Position numbers and translations under genes: made by a program. A stretch of 27,991 nt of DNA from a virus, in the UHGV virus genome UHGV-0114978; one strand, given 5' to 3'. Below the pieces are notes generated by a model that ran no database searches, was not told where the DNA came from, and was given only the letters and a program-made list of their open reading frames with translations. Positions 24,876 through 27,991 of the stretch are shown here, piece after piece. Each line of letters begins with the position of its first letter. Within the stretch, counting starts at the first letter, position 1.

Positions 24876-26351
24876 TTAAGCATAGGGATCGTAATCTGTA
24901 ATGGCCTTGCCTTGCTGGTTCTGCTGACCGGGAATTCGCAGACGCTTCGACACCGGGAAAGCAAACGTCAGCAGTAGCGCATCGCCTTTACCCGGCGAAC
25001 GCCCAAGCCGCTCCTTGATATCTTCCTTCGGTTCGATAACGATTTTACCGTCCACGCGAACTTTGTACTCTGCCGCCGACAGGTCGTCCGCTGTTTCCTG
25101 GTCATCCAGCATGCCGCCCAGCCTCAGCCATGTCTTGCATGCATTGAACATCTCCCCACGCTTGTTAAGCATCTGCGGGTCAGTGGACGCACCGCCGAAC
25201 GGAACAAGTTGCCATGTACGTCCCCAGCCATCACCGATTGACTTCAAACCGGTTCCGTAACCGAAGTCGATGAACACCGCGTCAGCCTGGTACTGGTCTT
25301 CAAAGTCAGCGATACGCTTCGCCATAATCAGATCGTCGGTGGTCTTGTTGCCAGTCCACAACACCTTACTGTGCAGCCCCTGCCGCAGGTATATCACAGC
25401 GTCATCAACGCCGGAGTATGCCGGGTCAACGCCGATTATCACCGGAGCATGTGCCACCTGCGCAGCGGTTACCACCCGTTTCATTGCCTCGTCAGTAAGA
25501 CCGGTAGGGATAAACTGCAATTCAGATGCATCAGGGAATATGCCACGCACACGGATTTTAACGAAGTCGCTGTCTTCCCCGTAGTCATCAACCCATTTCT
25601 GCAACTGATGTTTGTTAGTGCCTTCCACCGTCCGGCTGTCAATCTGCGCAGTTTTCCAGCGATGTTTATATTTGCGGAAACATTCGCGGAAACGTCCGGT
25701 GTTACGTGTAGGGTTTCCGAACGCCACCCAGATAATCTCAGTGTCTTCGTCCGTAAGCGCACCCTCAGCAACTTCCCACACCAGATCCGCAATGTTCGAC
25801 GCTTCATCGAATACCACGATGATGCGTTTGCGCTCGTTGTGTAGTCCGGCGAATGCCTCAGTGTTGTGCTCAGACCAGGGGATTGCGTCAGCTCGCCACC
25901 GCTTGTCGTGCCCAGGGTCATTGCTGTACATCGCGGTAGCGGTACAGGTAAACCAGTCTTTCGTGATAGCAAGGTTCGACCACTTGATAATTTCCGGCCA
26001 GGTCTTCGTTCGTAGCTGGTTGTCGGTGTTGGCGGTCACCACGACCTTACAATCCTCGCAAGTGGACATGCCCCAGTTGATCAACATTGAGATGAATGCT
26101 GATTTACCAATACCGTGGCCCGAAGCACGTGCCAGCATAAGCGGCTGATAGCGCGTCTCTGGATTCTGCAGGTGATCACGTATCTCTCGGAACGCATCAG
26201 CCTGCCACTGACGTGGGCCGGTGGCATGTGCCAGTTCAGTCCCCTCTTCCCCCCAAGGGAACGCATAGAGGACATAGCCAAGCGGATCGTGAGTGAACCC
26301 TGCAATATCCTCGATCAACTGCTCTTCAGGAGATAACGCTGTATCTGTCAC
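24876..26351 (-). CDS. terminase large subunit (491 aa)
   Basis: Walker A-like P-loop ASGHGIGKS near residue 77; acidic nuclease-like C-terminal half; start overlaps the terS stop (ATGA); immediately upstream of portal. Confidence 0.9.
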   Translation of the reverse strand: MTDTALSPEEQLIEDIAGFTHDPLGYVLYAFPWGEEGTELAHATGPRQWQADAFREIRDHLQNPETRYQPLMLARASGHGIGKSAFISMLINWGMSTCEDCKVVVTANTDNQLRTKTWPEIIKWSNLAITKDWFTCTATAMYSNDPGHDKRWRADAIPWSEHNTEAFAGLHNERKRIIVVFDEASNIADLVWEVAEGALTDEDTEIIWVAFGNPTRNTGRFRECFRKYKHRWKTAQIDSRTVEGTNKHQLQKWVDDYGEDSDFVKIRVRGIFPDASELQFIPTGLTDEAMKRVVTAAQVAHAPVIIGVDPAYSGVDDAVIYLRQGLHSKVLWTGNKTTDDLIMAKRIADFEDQYQADAVFIDFGYGTGLKSIGDGWGRTWQLVPFGGASTDPQMLNKRGEMFNACKTWLRLGGMLDDQETADDLSAAEYKVRVDGKIVIEPKEDIKERLGRSPGKGDALLLTFAFPVSKRLRIPGQQNQQGKAITDYDPYA

Positions 26352-26944
26352 TGATTACCATCCTGACGTTCTTTGAGTCGCTTCCTAGCTGCTGCTATGC
26401 GATCAGCAATTGTCACATTCACATTAACATCCAGACGTTCTTTGAACGCGTTGACATCAACATGCTTACCAATCAGCTCAAGGTTCTTCACCTTGTCAGG
26501 CCATTTAATTTTTTTGAGGATTGTCTCTATCGAATCCTCGTTCATGTTCATGATGGTCGATGACAGATCAAAGCCACTAAGCGTAGTGCGCCAGATTTTC
26601 GGCCACTCGCGGATTGGTTTAAGGCTCCCATCGTCGTTGAGGATATCGATCACGTCCATCTGGTCGATCTCCACCAAGCGCATGAGAACGTAATCAGCAC
26701 TGACGCGCATTCGTTTGTTGCGCTCCTCCATCAACTCGGCAATCCGTTTTTGAATGCGTTCATCGCGCATCATGGCACTGGCTTTAACTGCCGCTGTATT
26801 TGGGGAGAATCCTGCGTTAATCGCTGCCTGAGTCTGGTTTTCAGGCGTTTTGATGTATGACTGGCAATAAGCCTCCTGCATTGCTGTGAGCGGCTTAAAT
26901 TGCGTTGATTTGCGTTTATAGGTTTTAGGTTCAGCAGGCATCAT
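26348..26944 (-). CDS. terminase small subunit (about 198 aa; the track ORF extends to 27022 but the N-terminal 26 codons look non-native)
   Basis: From MMPAEPKTYKRK...QEAYCQSYIKTPENQTQAAINAGFS the sequence resembles small-terminase DNA-binding N-domains; GGTGG SD before ATG 26944; coupled to terL. Confidence 0.72.
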   Translation of the reverse strand: MMPAEPKTYKRKSTQFKPLTAMQEAYCQSYIKTPENQTQAAINAGFSPNTAAVKASAMMRDERIQKRIAELMEERNKRMRVSADYVLMRLVEIDQMDVIDILNDDGSLKPIREWPKIWRTTLSGFDLSSTIMNMNEDSIETILKKIKWPDKVKNLELIGKHVDVNAFKERLDVNVNVTIADRIAAARKRLKERQDGNQ

Positions 26945-27018
26945 AACCACCATGGTAATAGTTACCGTCGTGGTAATAGTACCATAAAAAATAAAGCCGC
27001 CATAGTTGGCGGCAGTAT

Positions 27019-27252
27019 TCAAAGTCCATCAAATTCATCGTAAAAACTCTCGTCAAGATACCCTTCCCATTTACCGCGAATGAAAATTACATCCTCGCCG
27101 CAAGGGTGCTGACTGTCGATAACTATATCCCTCCTGGCGCAACCATACTTATGCATGAGAAATTTAACCTCTTTCGGAAAATTTGCTGAGTTATCTCTCA
27201 TATCTTCAAGGTCGTAGCGTATTTTTGGCATAACACCTTCGTGACATGTCAC
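27019..27252 (-). CDS. hypothetical protein (77 aa) upstream of terS
   Basis: ORF coupled to neighbours by 4-nt overlaps; no recognisable motif. Confidence 0.4.
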   Translation of the reverse strand: MTCHEGVMPKIRYDLEDMRDNSANFPKEVKFLMHKYGCARRDIVIDSQHPCGEDVIFIRGKWEGYLDESFYDEFDGL

Positions 27253-27587
27253 ACTATTAATTTCGTTTCATGCCAGCCTTTGGTCACCCAGCATTGCGAG
27301 TCACCATTACACGGGCATGAATTCACAGGAACTATCTCGCCGCACTTACCGCAACGTTTTCTGCTGATCGATTTTATACGCCCGTGCACGCGAGCATCAT
27401 CCTGGCGGATAAGTAACGCAATATACTCACCAAATTCGTAAGGCACACGCCCGGGGCGACGCGTGGCACAGTTACGCTCCAGCATTTCAATTTCCTGAGC
27501 ATCAAGCACAATTTCCAGCTTACGCACGCCAGATGCAGCTTGTCTGGCTCTCTGAGCGGCTTTGCGCTCTGCTGCTGATTTAGCCAT
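27249..27587 (-). CDS. hypothetical protein (112 aa) with C-terminal Cys cluster (CGKCGEIVPVNSCPCNG)
   Basis: Basic N-terminus with possible ribbon-helix-helix-like segment, C-terminal CxxC...CxC motif; coupled to flanking ORFs. Confidence 0.4.
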   Translation of the reverse strand: MAKSAAERKAAQRARQAASGVRKLEIVLDAQEIEMLERNCATRRPGRVPYEFGEYIALLIRQDDARVHGRIKSISRKRCGKCGEIVPVNSCPCNGDSQCWVTKGWHETKLIV

Positions 27588-27981
27588 TCTGATTTTCCTG
27601 CATCATGAGGAAGACAATCATGGCGGCGCGGAGAGGGTTTTCATCTTGAGTCATATGATATGGGGTACTATCACTGCCAACTTTTCTATGCGCTGCCTTC
27701 CATAATCCATTTTCTGGCGCTGGAATAATGCCAATTCTGTTCTCTACGATAATCGGCTCTGCGTCTGATGGGCTTTTACAGTAATCAACCGTTTTTATTG
27801 CATAACCAGTTTCGTCATCCCACTCAACACCAACGATTGATGTTCCCAACTTTGCGATTTCGCAATCTTCGGGAGCAAATCCACAGCAAATTGCCACTCG
27901 CTTGTTAATTTCAAAATCACTTAACTGTGAATAATCCATTGTCATTTCCTCGCACGATGTCTTAGCCACCGGATATCCCAC
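27580..27981 (-). CDS. hypothetical lambdoid late-region protein (133 aa)
   Basis: ORF with start near the window end; the native start may be an internal Met (MTMDYSQL...). Confidence 0.4.
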   Translation of the reverse strand: MGYPVAKTSCEEMTMDYSQLSDFEINKRVAICCGFAPEDCEIAKLGTSIVGVEWDDETGYAIKTVDYCKSPSDAEPIIVENRIGIIPAPENGLWKAAHRKVGSDSTPYHMTQDENPLRAAMIVFLMMQENQNG

Positions 27982-27991
27982 AGGTGAGCCG

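Noticed and set aside
24182-24964. Minus-strand ORFs 24182..24445, 24489..24740 and 24707..24964
   Set aside because: They overlap the plus-strand tRNA and its terminators or the terL 3' end, lack RBSs, and have junk-like composition; this is most likely a non-coding region.
26945-27022. N-terminal 26 codons of the terS track ORF (MNTAANYGGFIFYGTITTTVTIT...) and the N-terminal MIMNLFERLLYRRLCNEQ of the scaffold ORF
   Set aside because: These extensions have atypical composition and no RBS, and look like longest-ORF artefacts; an internal start is preferred for terS and flagged as uncertain for scaffold.
1-27991. CRISPR arrays, IS elements or transposase genes
   Set aside because: No regularly spaced direct repeats with unique spacers and no transposase-like ORF were seen; the only mobile-element machinery is the lambda-type int/xis/attP.

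Overview
This window reads as a contiguous piece of a temperate, mosaic enterobacterial phage genome. Left end (plus strand, 1-3250): lambda-type early-left genes, namely an Ea22-like protein (5' truncated), small zinc-ribbon proteins, xis, int, and a complete attP (lambda 15-bp core with both phage arms), so the phage is not integrated at this site. Most of the rest (minus strand, 8.2-27.99 kb) is a tightly coupled podovirus virion operon in T7-like order: small and large terminase, portal, scaffold, major capsid, tail tubular A/B-like proteins, three internal core/ejection proteins (191, 915, 1129 aa), with a separately promoted beta-helix tailspike at 3.7-5.9 kb. Between the core operon and the tailspike lies a plus-strand accessory island (5.9-8.2 kb): a near-consensus LexA box in front of a small protein that shares its C-terminal domain with the adjacent BRO-N antirepressor, a highly structured leader, two small membrane proteins and a small secreted peptide. 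A 15-bp palindrome TTACC-N5-GGTAA recurs four times and a 22-bp element twice, marking candidate operators and late control regions. A canonical tRNA-Arg(UCU) with its own terminators lies antisense to the late operon between terL and portal. The last core-operon gene encodes a Cys-rich, ankyrin-like protein whose signal peptide is only in frame after a -1 slip in an A7 tract. All family assignments are from reading the translations and from memory of reference sequences; none was checked by search.
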